From Felis catus (taxonomy: Eukaryota): a stretch of 64,000 bases of DNA. Made by a program: the position numbers and the translations under genes. The stretch spans positions 20,214,001-20,278,000 of the forward strand of contig NC_058383.1 of the NCBI RefSeq assembly GCF_018350175.1, in the 5' to 3' direction. Of this stretch, positions 10,556 to 23,414 are shown piece by piece; the stretch's first letter is position 1, and each line of letters begins with the position of its first letter. Under the pieces are notes generated by a model. That model had not been told where the DNA came from, did no database searches, and worked only from the letters and a program-made list of their open reading frames with translations.

Positions 10556-11319
10556 GAATTGCGAAGGAATTACCTGTGGGTGTCGCGCAAGGTCCTGGAG
10601 GGCGCTGCTGTGCCTGAGAATCTATGAGATTCAAGGTCACGGCCTAACGCTTCTCTCTTCTTCCTCGCCCCGCACACCCCTCCCTCGCCCTGCCTGGGCC
10701 CCGTTTTGGAGCCGGCCCTCTGAGGGTCCACGTGAATGGGTTTCAGGACGGGCTGTAAAGCTGGAGGCAGAGATCACACGGACTTTTGCTCTCACGCCAG
10801 ACTCTCTCTCCGGTTCTCTCTCCCAGCTAATGAGATTCCCGCCGGATGCTTTCTCCTCCGGTCTGCCCTTTGTCCCTGCAGCTGCACCAAGACCGAGCAA
10901 AGCAGGTGCCCTCGGTTTCGCTGCAGCCGCAGTCAGGCAAGAAGGTCAGCGATGTCTGCAGGAAGGGAGGCGATGCCTTCCAGGGACATTAATTTTTCAG
11001 TTTGTGTATTCGGACGTGTGGCAGCGTGAGGCTGACAGGCTGCATCACTGGCCCCCATCAGCCTCAGAGCTGAAGGGTGGCTCTGGTTTTAGAAGACGCT
11101 TGAGCTCTGGCGAGGCTCACCTGGCTGCGTCCTCCGCAAACAGCGGGCAGGACAGCAGGGAGGCGGCCGACTTGAAGGTGTCCCCCGCCCCCACCAGCGT
11201 CAGACGTGCTCTGTGCGGCATCCCTGTCACTTTCGGAGGGGTGGATCGTACTATGTCCAACACAGAGATGACAACACTGAGGTCTGGGTACGCTACAGTC
11301 AACGTCCTACAACTATTCT

Positions 11320-11790
11320 CTTCGATTCAGCAAATATTGATGAGAAACCGCCTCACGCAGGGGAACGTTCTGGGCCTTGGGCACACGGTAGCCCCCAAGC
11401 CGGGCACCGTCTCTGTCTTGCAGGGTCACGGCTGAGGAGGCCAAACACGCAATGACTCGGCTTATTGAAGTAATTCACGCTGAGAAGCAGACCGTCGTGG
11501 GGCGGAGGAAGAGGACAGATAGAAGTTTACTTTAGGCAGCAGGTCCCCGGATGGCCTCTCTGAGAAATCACTGAGCAGACCAGTGAAGGCTGTGATAAAA
11601 AAAAAAGCATGGGGCTGGGGATGGGGAGAACATTCCAGCAGGGTGCGCATGTGCACGGGCTGTGAGGGAGCAAAGCCCGGAGAAGCCCAAGGGCCTGGAA
11701 GAAGGCCCATGTGGTCAAAGGAAGGAAGCGACAGACGAGGCAGGAAGAGGCAGGGGACGGACCGTAGGTCCTTGCAGACCATCGTGAGCT
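11320..11790 (-). mobile_element. LINE-2 fragment
   Basis: ttcgattcagcaaatattgatgag...ctgggccttggg... L2 3' end in reverse. Confidence 0.6.
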
Positions 11791-12637
11791 CGCATTTTCT
11801 TTGGCACGAAACCCATTAAGGTGTGGGATTCCGCCTCAGGTCTTCGAGATTTCGAAGACTTGATTTTTTCCCCAACACAGCGATGGTTTTCAAAGATCTG
11901 TTGGCAAAGTAGCAGAGCCCTTTTAATCAAATGAAGTCTTATGAAGATCCCCCTAAAACGCAAGACAGAGAGGAGATGTGTCGATCCAGCCGAAACAAGG
12001 GTTTGCAGGACCCCGTCTCTCCACTTGGCCTCTTTCTCGACCCCTGCACTGAGCCCTGAGACATTAGAGCTCCCCGGAGGTAGGGAGACTCGTGCATTCA
12101 CGCCCTCCCTCACTTTTTAATTCCGTTGACAGATATTTATTATCCGAAGCTAAATCTACTACTGGACTCCATTCATTACCCGAACAAATCCAGATACACT
12201 ATTGGACTTCTCTGTCATCTGAGGCGATACATTACTTATGCACGATTAAGGCAGTTACAACTGGATTTCCTCATTTGCAGATGAATTGGGGAAAGCAGGG
12301 TCTAAAACAGAGATTCCCATCCAAAGGGAAGGACCAGAATGATGAGTTGGGGAATGAAGTCTGTGGAGACAAAGACAAAGAAACAAAGGAAGATAAAGCT
12401 CGAAGTGCACGGTGGTCTGATTCACAAGGAGGGCGAAGCAGAGGGCTGTGCCTGAAGCCGGCTGGGGGTCACGGTTCCTCCGCGATCAGTGCTTTCGTGA
12501 ATTCCAAACGTGTTTATTGAGTATCTACTAAGTGCCAGGAGCTGTTCTGGGTGCTGGAGGTACAACGGTGGTTGCCAACAAAGCCTTTCCCGCATGGACT
12601 GCTGAGGAGACAAAGATGATAAAGTTTAAAAGTAATC

Positions 12638-13065
12638 GGGGCGCCTGGGTGGCTCAGTCAGTTGAGCGTCCGACTTCAGCTCAGGGCATGATCTCGCGGT
12701 TCGTGAGTTCAAGCCCCGCATCGGGCTCTGTGCTGACAGCTCGGAGCCCGGAGCCTGCTTCGGATTCTGTCTCCCTCTCTCTCTCTGCCCATCCTCCCCT
12801 CTCTCTTTCGCAAAAATAAATAAACACTTAAAAAAAATTTTAATAATAAATTAGGGGCGCCTGGGTGGTTCAGTCAGTTCAGTGTCCGACTTCGGCTCAG
12901 GTCATGAGCTCATGGTTCATGGGTTCGAGCCCCGCGTCGGGCTCTGTGCTGACAGCTCAGCTCCCTCGGATTCTGTGTCTCCCTCACTCTCTGCCCCTCC
13001 CCCACGCACGCTCTGTCTCTCTCTCCTTCCAAAATAAACATTAAAGAAACTTTTAATAAAAAAAA
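12638..13065 (+). mobile_element. Two tandem Can-SINEs (12638-12837, 12854-13065)
   Basis: Two ggggcgcctgggtgg heads, each with CT region and A-tail. Confidence 0.93.
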
Positions 13066-13199
13066 TTTTTTTAAAAAGAGACCCTCCACTTTATTTTGAC
13101 CTTGGGGTCAGAGGACCTAAGTACCAGGCAGGCTGGGTGCTTTGCACCCATCAGCTCGGCGAGAGTTCGGTGGTCAGAACGCTACTCTCAGAGTGAGGA

Positions 13200-15300
13200 C
13201 TTTGTAGATACGAGTGGTTTCTACCCCTGAGGCAGCTGGGGCCGGGGTGGGGGGGCGGAGTAGACCCCAGGCTGCTGTCTCCAACCTGTCACCCAGCTTC
13301 TTGGGCTTTCATGCGAATCATTCTCTGCAAAGAGACCCAAGGGGGTGGGCTTCTGGCCCCGGCGACTCATTATTTGCACACAGGCAAGTGTGAATCTCGG
13401 TTGAGGCCGAGCTACAGGGCAGGTAAGCACGCACACACACGCACACACACACACACACGTGCACACGCGCACCCAGAGGCAGGCCTGGCTCTCCGGGTCA
13501 ATCATGTGTAAAATGTCAGCCTGGCCTTCCTGTGAGTGTTTAGAAACGGGCTGAAGAGCCCTTGATGAGAAGCTGTTGGGGGTTTTGTTGTCTGTGAAAG
13601 GGTTTGTCCGTATGCCTGGCAGATTATTATGGGTTTTGTGTTTGGTTTGGTTTTGTTGTTGTTGTTGTTGTTTCTCCCTTCCAGACAGTGAGAATCTTCT
13701 TTTTGCAGACAGAGAGGAACGCAAACAGGTGCCTGTGGGTCAGGTACGTCACGTAACACAACGGGAGGCCTGTTGTGTTCGGGGAAGCAGCCTGGCGTGG
13801 CCACACGGCCACGGGAAGCTGCCGGAAACCCTGGCACGTGCCAGACTCTTTTGGCCTAACGGCCCTTTTGTTTGGAGAGCGGAGGATGTGGCTTCCTTCC
13901 CTCCCGGGACTGAGACACCCCCACGGCAAACCGCCAAGAGCGCCACTGCTCGAAATCCGTAGCGGTGGGAGCATATCCCACGCGGTAGCAACCAAAATGC
14001 TTAGCCCCCGGTGCCAGGCGCCCGCCTGACCGTGGTATGTTGTGAGGACTCGTTCGATCCTGCGGTGGCCCCATCAGAGAGGCTCTGTTGTTAGAAACCC
14101 ACTTGGTGGGGCGCCCATGGGCTGAAATGCTGTCTTCTACTGCCCACGAGGGCTGGGGGTCCCTCCTTCCAACATCCGGGGGACTAGGGATTGCAGCTCC
14201 CCAGGATGGCCAGCACCCTTCCCGGTATTTCCGGGCGGATGCAGGGAGGGAGACGCGGACGGGAATCTGTCTGCACTTCCCCGCAGGTGCCCCCGTCCGT
14301 AGCAGCTGAATCTAGCAGCCGGAAGCAGGAGATGATTTTTCTTCTTTCTTCTCACCCCTCCTCCGAGCAACTCCAAAGAAACCCTCGAGCTTAGGTAACT
14401 GTTTCTGGGAAACTCTAATTGCCCCGTTTGCTCATGTGAGCGTGTGCTTCTCGGGGCCAGATGCCGGGCTGTTAGCGTGTATTGTTGCCTTGGGAGGTTT
14501 TGCCCGGTAAGCAATTGCTTGGAGGGTCCTGTCTCTTGCCTGTGAATTTTTTTTTTTTCTTTTTTATCATCGTTTGGAGGTGGAGAACAGGCCAGGGCCC
14601 CGACAGCATTGCCCAGGGCCCGCGTGTCATTGGCCACGTTTTCTGGACGCCTCTCCGGGGACCGCAGCTCACGCCCGCGCCCGCCGGTGCAGTTTTTGGA
14701 GTCTGGCCAGACCCTCCCTCCATGATCCCGATTCACAGAACCTGAGAATCGAGGCGGGACGGCCCCCGAGGGTCTCCCGTCCCCAACCTTTTAGTCGTCT
14801 GCGAGAAAGCACTTTTCACCAGTAGTCGGATCCACTCCTTGTAACCAAATCTCCCAGGAGGTGAGGACAGGAGAGCCCTTCAGGCTGAAGAGGTGCCTGC
14901 TTAGCGCCAGACCCCATCCTCACCCTCTGGTTCCCTGTTTCGCATCCTTTCCTTCCTGCCGGGGCAGCTCCTTGAGCGAGCCTCTCCCCCTGGAGCTCTG
15001 TCCGCAGCGCACCCGTTCAAAGCCAGGGCCTTCTGCCACCAGGAGGCCCACGCGTGTCACCACTTTTCTGCCCGCTGGCTCCCCGAGGGACGGCCTCCCC
15101 GCCTGGCTAACACCGCCTTTCCTTACGTGGCTCCCCGGCCCCGGTCTTGCCTTCTCTTATCCACTGGGCCGGCCAAGGGCGTAGGGATCCTTCTGCACGG
15201 AACTCTGGCCATGCCACGCACCTGTTGAACCACCTCCCCCCCACCCCTCCCCGCTGCCATCATGTCTCGCCGACCTGGGGTTGGAGTCCAGACTCCTTTG
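13200..15300. promoter_or_regulatory. Repeat-poor CpG-rich block, candidate promoter/enhancer
   Basis: High CpG density; GC box ~13250; palindromic E-box CTGGCACGTGCCAG 13831-13844; overlapping ACGT cores GTACGTCACGTAAC ~13744-13757; (CA)n 13428-13472; (GTT)n ~13650-13672. Confidence 0.5.
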
Positions 15301-15789
15301 CAAAGGTGCAAGTTTACCCTCCCTGCCTGAGCTACTGTTTTATTCTCCAGCCTCATTTTTTTTGCCATATGCCCCCCACCCAGCTGGATGGGACCTTGAG
15401 CCGGACCTCACGCGTGCCAGGCCTGCCCTGGTGCCAGGCTCCGCTGAGGACGGGCCCTCCCCACCCTCCCTCCCTGCACCTTCACTGGCCTCAGCTGTCA
15501 TCGCTCGCTGAGACCCCGAAGCTCTTCGGCCCCATTAGGAAACTTCTCGCCCCAAACCCCAGGCTCCAGTCTCATCATGGGAAATTCACCAGACACGCCC
15601 CGATTGGCGGACATTCTCCAAGACGCCCGGCCAGTACCCTCAAGGTTGTCAGGTCACGAAAAGCAAGGAGAGACTAAGAAATTGGGACAGATCAGAGAAG
15701 GTAGGGGGAAAGGGGATGGTGACCCTCTGATTGCCTCCTGGAACAGCAAGAGGTATTAACAGGAAAAAAAATAATAACCAGTGACTTTG

Positions 15790-15985
15790 AAATGGAATCT
15801 GGAATTTAGTTAATACAAACGCACCGATGTTGGTTTTCCGTTGTGACAAATGCACCGTGGTGATGTAACATGTTAACAATAGGGGACCCTGGATGAGTGT
15901 ATACGGGAAGTTTCTGTAGGGTCTTGAAGACGATTCTGCAAATCTAAAGCTACCAAAAAAAAAAAAAAGAAAGAAAGAAGAAAGT
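15790..15985 (+). mobile_element. Old L1 (L1MC/MD-like) 3' end with A-tail
   Basis: gttgtgacaaatgcaccgtggtgatgtaacatgttaacaataggggac...tctgcaaatctaaa followed by poly-A. Confidence 0.75.
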
Positions 15986-16319
15986 ACTTAATATATTTTT
16001 AAGTGGAAGATCGAGTTGGTCTTAGCTTCGTCGTAGGCATCTGCTTCATTTTTTGTTACCCACAGGACCTCAAGTCTTCAGATCCTCAGTCTTTGGGATC
16101 AAGAGATGAACTCCAGAGCGGAACATAGCCCGCAACAGATTCCGGGACACCGTTCTGCGTCGTCCACACAAGGGCTGAGCCTCCCCCGATGGAACTTTCT
16201 GCCATGCTTTCCTGAGGAACTCATCACGCAAGCACAAGTTCCTCCAATTATCTGTTTGCGTAAAGTCCTCCAGATTCAAAAGTAGGCAGCTAACATATCT
16301 CGGTGAAAGTCAAGAGTTA

Positions 16320-16530
16320 TAATCAGTGCCATTTATCGAGCACGTCCTGTGTGCCAGGTGCCACCTGTGTGCACACGTCCTCCTTTCATTCTGGTAGCTA
16401 CACGGTCTCAGGGGAGGAAACAGAAGCTCAGAGAAGTTGAGGGACTTTTCCGACGTCACACAGCCAGAAGGGGAAGAGCTACCATTTGAACCGACGTCTT
16501 TCTGGGTCCCCAGCGGGTCTCCTTAACCTC
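16320..16530 (-). mobile_element. MIR SINE
   Basis: catttatcgagcac...gaggaaacagaagctcagagaagttgagggactttt...gtcacacagc. Confidence 0.75.
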
Positions 16531-16605
16531 GAAGCCAAATTGTTTGAATGCAGGTTGTTAACATTGGGGACGTTCTTCAGGTATTATCCAGTATCTCGTG
16601 CATCC

Positions 16606-16806
16606 TTTTTTAAAAATTTTTTTTAATGTTTTAATTTATTTACTTTTGAGACAGAGAGAGACTGAGCATGAGCAGGGGAGGGGCAGAGAGAGGGGGAGAC
16701 ACAGAATCCGAAGCGGGCTCCAGGCTCCGAGCTGTCAGCACAGAGCCCGACGCGGGGCTCGAACTCACGAACCGTGAGATCGTGACCTGAGCCACCCAGG
16801 CGCCCC
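16606..16806 (-). mobile_element. Can-SINE with internal deletion
   Basis: Reads gacctgagccacccaggcgcccc; lacks the segment between the two ctgagcc repeats. Confidence 0.93.
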
Positions 16807-17506
16807 AACGGAAGCCCATCTTTAATCAAAGGTGATTTTTTTTTAAGTGGCTTTACTGTGTTTGCTTTTTGCTTTTTGGTTTTGTTGTTGTTGTTGTTTT
16901 CTTTTTAAATCGAATTATGTGCCAACACGCGGAATAGGGATATTTCACTTTCAAACGTCAGATTTCGATTTTCCTGAGATGAAAAACAAAGGCTGGGTCT
17001 CTGTTGCTGCTGCAGCTGAGTCCTACCTGCCCAGGTAGATGAGGCACACGCTCTTCAGTTAACCATTTCCCTCCTCTGGTTTCTTGGTCTGTCCCCTATA
17101 GTTGGCAGGACTTGATTTACAGCTACGGGAGAGAAAAGTGCCATTCAGAGCAGGATCAGGGGTCGCACAGCAAGAAAAAGTGAACATTCTGGTAGGTCCT
17201 CCCTCCTGTTAGAATCAGGGGTCTGGCCCGGGGCCCGGGTCTCTGTCCCTTGGCTGGCTGGCTGGCCTGCGTCTCCTCTGTGACTGACCCCATCCCAGCC
17301 TCCTGTTGGCCACATTCTCCGTGTCACGTCTTTCCCCTTTAATCAGACCAAGGGAGGCTGCCTGCTCTCATGGTATTTTCACAATTCACAAAAAAGCCTC
17401 GTTCTTATTCTCACAAAATTAAGAAGGGTTAAACCCGTCCTCTCAGGAAGATGGAAGGCTAGTTGGAGTTTTTTGAAACTCAACTTCATTTAAAAAGAAA
17501 GAACGA

Positions 17507-17730
17507 GGGGCGCCTGGGTGGCGCAGTCGGTTAAGCGTCCGACGTCAGCTCAGGTCACGATCTCGCGGTCCGTGAGTTCGAGCCCCGCGTCGGGCTCTGG
17601 GCTGATGGCTCGGAGCCTGGAGCCTGTTTCGGATTCTGTGTCTCCCTCTCTCTCTGCCCCTCCCCCGTTCATGCTCTGTCTCTCTCTGTCCCAAAAATAA
17701 ATAAACGTTGAAAAAAAATTAAAAAAAAAA
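17507..17730 (+). mobile_element. Young Can-SINE (SINEC_Fc)
   Basis: gtggcgcagtcgg variant head, full length with A-tail. Confidence 0.95.
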
Positions 17731-18054
17731 TAGAAAGAAAGAGAAGGAGAGAGGGAGGGAAGGAGAGGGTGAGGAAGAACGGAAAGAAGGAAGGACGGAA
17801 GGACAGGTGGAAGGGCGGGTCGCAAATCTAACAGTGTCACGTCTGTGATGGATATTCCTTGCCTTGGTTAGTCCTGACTGAATTCCCACCACCAATAACC
17901 CTCCCTCATCTTCTCCAAGAAAAGGAAGCAGAAGTGTGAGGTCACCTTCCCCGTCCAGTTCCTAAGCCAGCCCCGATTCATGGCAGGACCCGTAAGAGAC
18001 TCCCCGGGAGCTTGATGTCATGGTGAGGTGCCAGGGGATCTCAAACCTTCTGTA

Positions 18055-18055
18055 A

Positions 18056-18092
<37 letters not shown>

Positions 18093-18260
18093 AAAGAAAG
18101 GAGAGAGAAAGGAAAGAAAGGAGAGAAAGAAAGAAAGAAAAAAAAGAAAGAAAAAAAGAAAGAAAGAAAAGAAAGAAAGAAGGAAAGAAAGAAAAGAGAG
18201 GGGGGGGGAGGGAGGGAGGGAGGGAGGAAGGAAGGAAGGAAGGAAGGAAGGAAGAAAAAA
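18055..18260. repeat. (GAAA)n/(GGGA)n/(GGAA)n compound polypurine microsatellite
   Basis: Directly visible. Confidence 0.95.
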
Positions 18261-18920
18261 ATGTATTTTTGTAATTTTTCGTGCCATACATGAAAGTGAA
18301 GGGTGAACACAGCATACCTTCACAGTTTGTAAGACATTGATAAAATAAACACATGTTTACTTCCTTTTTAGGAAATGGAAAAATTTTCTGGACCTTAGCA
18401 GCTCCACATGCCTATCTGATCCCATCTCCCCCCCACCTCCCCCCTGCAGGGCAGTCGTTTCCCTGACTTTTGTGATATTATTCTACTCGGTCATTCATTT
18501 TTAATTTTTGATTATGAAAATGATCAGATATGCAGAAAATTAGAAGGCGTACTACATTTCATAATTGAATATGATTCACCTACAGCTGGATTCCAACAGC
18601 TTTTTAACATTTGGCTTTTTTGTGTGTCTTTTTTTTTTTTTGCCTTTTTTTTTCTTTTGCCTTTGCCTCATCTTTCCATTGGCTGAGCCATTATTTAAGG
18701 ATTTCATTTTGCAAAGTACCTACTGTATATAAAAACAGAGACGCTGGCGTGATGGACCCCACCAGCTTCAGCACAGACAATTCTGGGGACAATCTCAATC
18801 CGCCTGTTCCCTCCATCACTCCATGCCTTTTACGCCCCAGTCCTGGATCGCTTTGAGGCAAATCCCAGACGTTGGGTGATTTCACCTATAAGTAGTTCAG
18901 TCCGTGTCTCTGCGAGATAT

Positions 18921-19117
18921 GGGGCCCCTGGGTGGCTCCGTCGGTTGAACGTCTGACTCTTGGTTTCGGCTCAGGTCACGATCTCCCGGTTTCGGGAGTT
19001 CGAGCCCCACATCGGGCTCTGTGCTGACTGTGGAGCCTGCTGGGGATTCTGTCTCCCTCTTTCTCTGTCCCTCCCCCACTTGGCATGTCTGTCTCTCTCA
19101 AAACAAATAAATAAAAA
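18921..19117 (+). mobile_element. Can-SINE (older subfamily)
   Basis: ggggcccctgggtggctccgtcgg head, CT region, aaataaataaa tail. Confidence 0.9.
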
Positions 19118-19163
19118 TACAAACACGATGTCACTATCATACCTAAAATAGCGAACATTTTCT

Positions 19164-19384
19164 TAAAAAAATTTTTTTTTTCAACGTTTATTTATTTTTG
19201 GGACAGAGAGAGACAGAGCATGAACGGGGGAGGGGCAGAGAGAGAGGGAGACACAGAATCGGAAACAGGCTCCAGGCTCTGAGCCATTAGCCCAGAGCCT
19301 GACGCGGGGCTCGAACTCACAGACCGCGAGATCGTGACCTGGCTGAAGTCGGACGCCCAACCGACTGCGCCACCCAGGCGCCCC
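19164..19384 (-). mobile_element. Young Can-SINE (SINEC_Fc)
   Basis: TSD gaacattttct on both sides. Confidence 0.95.
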
Positions 19385-20209
19385 GAACATTTTCTAAATA
19401 GTACCAAATACTCAGTCTGTGCTCAGATCACCCGAGCTCTGCCCTCCTCCCCCCCCTCCCCCCCCCCACCCCGCCTGCTTCCTCCTGTCTGTTTTTACAG
19501 TTCTTATCATTGAATTGGGATTCATCCGGGTTCCCCACAGTGTATTTGACTAACCCTGGCTCTGGGTTTTCTCTTCCGGTTTTGGTTTGTTCTGCTTTTT
19601 GGTTTTCCACTGTGTTTCTTTGTTTCAAGAGCCCAGGTCACTTCTCTTGTGCAACTTGCCACATTCCGGATTTTGCTAAGTCAATTCTGTGATGCCATTT
19701 CACACATTCTTCCCTCACTTTTACCTCCTGTCAACTGGGAGCGAGCTGGGGAGGCTTGATGGAATTCGGGTTAGATTTCTGGCAAGGGTATTCTGTAAGT
19801 AGTGTTGATGTGGTTCATCATCGGAAGACCATATGCCCGGTCGTCTCCTTTGATGATGTTAAATAGATCCTGGAGTTAATTTCTATAATCTACCCATGAG
19901 AAAGTCTCCAGGGGCTTTTCACCTAATAGGTTTAACCTATTGGCAATCATTCCGTCAGACTTAGGCTCAATCATTTTGACGTAAGTTCCCACCCCAAGCC
20001 ACTTTATCTTTAAACACTTAACAGCTTATGGAACACATTGCCAAAATTATTGGGATTCTGTCTCCCTCATAACTCAACACCATCACCCCAACCCAATAAA
20101 ACTAATAACTACTCTCTATCCAATATTTAGTTCCTGTTTAAAAGTCTCCCAATCGTCCCCGTTTGTCTTCTGATGATTTTTTAAATTTGAGAATAGTTTA
20201 AGATGTACA

Positions 20210-20435
20210 GGGGCGCCTGGGTGGCGCAGTCGGTTAAGCGTCCGACTTCAGCCAGGTCACGATCTCGCGGTCCGTGAGTTCGAGCCCCGCGTCGGGCTCT
20301 GGGCTGATGGCTCAGAGCCTGGAGCCTGTTTCGGATTCTGTGTCTCCTTCTCTCTCTGCCCCTCCCCCGTTCATGCTCTGTCTCTCTCTGTCCCAAAAAT
20401 AAAATAAACGTTGAAAAAAAAATTAAAAAAAAAAA
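20210..20435 (+). mobile_element. Young Can-SINE (SINEC_Fc) inside an old L1
   Basis: TSD aagatgtaca at 20200-20209 and ~20435-20444. Confidence 0.95.
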
Positions 20436-20744
20436 AGATGTACACAGAAATAGAAAAAATAGAGCAGAGAGCTTTCTTACCCCCCACACCCAGTTTCCTC
20501 TACTGTTTGCGTCTTGCCTTAATATTGTCCTTTGTTTTACAATGAGTGAACCAGTCTGGGTACGTTATTGTCAACTGAGGTCTGGACTGTATTCAGATTT
20601 TCTGATTTTCCCTTGAAACTTTCTTCTGTCCCTGAGTTATCCCAGAGACCACATTATACTTAGTCCTCACTGGGGGACTCATTAGGTCCATCATGTCTCA
20701 TTAGGGTCCTTGTGGTCGTGACAGGTCCCATTTGGTTTTTATTT

Positions 20745-20972
20745 CTTTATTTATTAAAAAAAAATTTTTAATGTTTATATTTATCTTTGAGACAGAGAGA
20801 GACAGCATGAGCGGGCGAGGGGCAGAGAGAGAGGGAGACGCAGAATCCGAAGCAGGCTCCAGGCTCAGAGCCGTCAGCCCAGAGCCCGACGCGGGGCTCG
20901 AACTCACGGACCGTGAGATCACGTCCTGAGCCGAAGTCGGACGCTTAACCGACCGAGCCACCCAGGCGCCCC
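20745..20972 (-). mobile_element. Can-SINE
   Basis: Full length in reverse. Confidence 0.95.
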
Positions 20973-20999
20973 TGGAATGATGCGTGTCTTAATTTCGTG

Positions 21000-21919
21000 G
21001 CCGATGCCAAAGGAACAAGACGAAGAAACGAGTTAAAATTTCCGGGCGGGGGGGATGAGATGCAATTATCGTTATCTGCAGGTAATATGCTGTCTCCTTA
21101 GAAAATTGGGTGACACACGCTTTGAACTAATACAAGGGTTCAGCAAGGTACGATATAAAAGATTAATAGATCCCATTCACAATAATACCAGCCAAGAGAA
21201 ATGAAAATACCGAGGAATAAAAAAAGACAAGAAAATACCTAGGAATAGACTTAACTCGCATTGCCCGGGCCCTACCAGAAGGAAACCACGGCATTTATTA
21301 AAGGGTGCACAGGATGAATAAAGCAAATGAAACAAGAAACGGAAATCCGTATTTATTATTTGCAGTTAAAAAGGCAGCCAATTTTCCTTGGTTGTGCTAC
21401 AAAGGACATTAGCAGGCAATTGGTGAAATTTGAGTAAGATCTGTAGATGAGATAATAGTGATGATTCAGAGTCATTTCCTGATTTTGATCACCGCACCGT
21501 GGTTATGGAAGAGAATGGCCTGGTTTTCGGGAAATTCACACTGAAGTATTCAGAAGCTGTCTGTTGAGGCCGCCGTAACACGCCGTCACAGACTGGGGGG
21601 ATTGTGAAGGGCAGAAATTTCTAGCTCACGGTTCTGGAGGCTGGAAGTCCACAGTCAGGGGGCCAGCATGGTCAGGTTGTGGTGATCTGGAAACTCTTGT
21701 GTCCTCACCTGCTGGAGGGAACACAAACATTCAATCTAAAGTGGAAGTGAAGGGCCGCCTGGGTGGCTCAGTCGGTTAAGTGTCCGACTCTTGGTTTTGG
21801 CTCAGGTCATGATCTCATGGTTCATGGGATCGACCCCCACATCAGGCTCTGCACTGACAGTGAGGAGCCTGCTTGGGATTCTCTCCCTCTCTCTGTGTCT
21901 CTGCCCTGCCCTTGTGCAT

Positions 21920-21960
<41 letters not shown>

Positions 21961-22200
21961 AATAAAAACTAAAAAAAATAATTGAAACAAAAAGTATAAC
22001 ACATTTGCAACTTTCAAACAGCTCAGAAGCTTCTACTAAATAACAGTAATATGTATGCTTATCTACATATGCGTATGGTGACGTCAGTATATTTAGAGCC
22101 AACAAGAATATTATTTGTGGAATCTGGGTGAAAGGTATGCAGAGAATCTTTTCAAAACTTTCACAACTTTTCTGTCATTTGAAATCATGACAGAATTTCA
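21000..22200 (+). mobile_element. Old L1 fragments with a nested MLT1A-like LTR piece (~21557-21745) and SINE
   Basis: L1 ORF2-like aaaatacctaggaatagacttaac; MLT1-like ctcacggttctggaggctggaagtcc. Confidence 0.6.
21752..21985 (+). mobile_element. Can-SINE
   Basis: Head, (CT)n, A-rich tail. Confidence 0.92.
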
Positions 22201-23114
22201 TATTGTCGTATGAAACGGGTATATTCAATTCATATGAATTGAACTCAATTCGTATTCAGTTTATATTGCTTAAAAAACCTTACACCTTAGGAGGTTTCAG
22301 CTTTTAAGCAACAGCCTTAAAGAAAGAGTAGCCAACAGAAGAACAAAAGGGAATAATGAAATAATAAGGAATTATAAGTGACGATGAAACAGGAAGCTGG
22401 GGAAGAAGGAGACAGGGTCGTGTAAGTGTTAATATCAAGGAAACGAGTATTTTCTAAATATGGGATATTAACAAATGTAAGTGTCTCTATCGTATGATGA
22501 TAAGGAGGTAACCATCAGGAGAAATATAAGCCCAACAACTCAGGAGGGAATCCATGGGTCGCTACACGTAAGATGCAGGGGAGAGGGGGTGGGAGCTCTT
22601 TGCTACATTATCATTAATTCTTTGGATCTGTTTTCTCACTCGTGCATGCATCCTGTTGATAAAAATTACAGCATTGGTGAACAAGCAGAGGACGAATGGT
22701 TCCATCACTGGCTCTGGGAGAAGTGATTCAAAAATAAAAAGGTAACCCATTTGGGGAGACCTGGGGGAAAAGAGAAATGCGGGCTTGGTGGAACAGAGGG
22801 TTCGGCATTTCTGGAGAACGACACGGCGGACGTAACCTCGTCCAGGATGTTTGTGCTCCCCTCTCCCCCCCAGCAGGCCTCTCCGACTTTGTCCCCAGGT
22901 GAGGGACACAGATGGCGAAGAAAAGATGTGGGCAGAGATTTCCCTGGCAGCTGTGTATAAACACGGTGACAGGAAATCTAAACACTCAATACCAGGGCAT
23001 TGACTTAAATAAACTCACAGCACCTCTGTGAAGTAGCATTGAAATTTGAGTTTAGCAGGCTATTCAACAGTGAGTCATTAAGATAAGCTCTTTATTTAAA
23101 TTTGTTACCAAATA

Positions 23115-23269
23115 GGGGCACCTGGGTGGCTCCGTCGGTTGAGCTTCGGCTCAGGTCATGACCTCGGGGTTTGTGAGTTTGAGCCCCGTGTCGGGCTCTG
23201 TGCTGACAGCTCGCAGCCCGGAGCCTCCTTCGGATTCTGTGTCTCCCTCTCTCTGTCTGCCGCTCCCCT

Positions 23270-23304
<35 letters not shown>

Positions 23305-23324
23305 AATAAATAAACATTTTAAAA
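23115..23324 (+). mobile_element. Can-SINE
   Basis: Head, (CT)n, tail; tgttac-aaata repeated on flanks. Confidence 0.92.
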
Positions 23325-23363
23325 TGTTACAAAATAACATTTCTTGTATGGTGTTCATGTTTC

Positions 23364-23382
23364 TTTTTTAAATGTTTATTTT

Positions 23383-23414
<32 letters not shown>

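Larger units (their letters stand above)
18330..20190 (-). mobile_element. Old L1 (L1MC/ME-like) fragments hosting SINEs
   Basis: Degenerate L1 3' UTR motifs (ttgaggcaaatcccagac...atttcacctataagta; ccattggctgagccattattt). Confidence 0.5.

Noticed and set aside
17962..18354. K/E/R- and F/L/S-rich ORFs (also 55883-56377)
   Set aside because: Translations of microsatellites.
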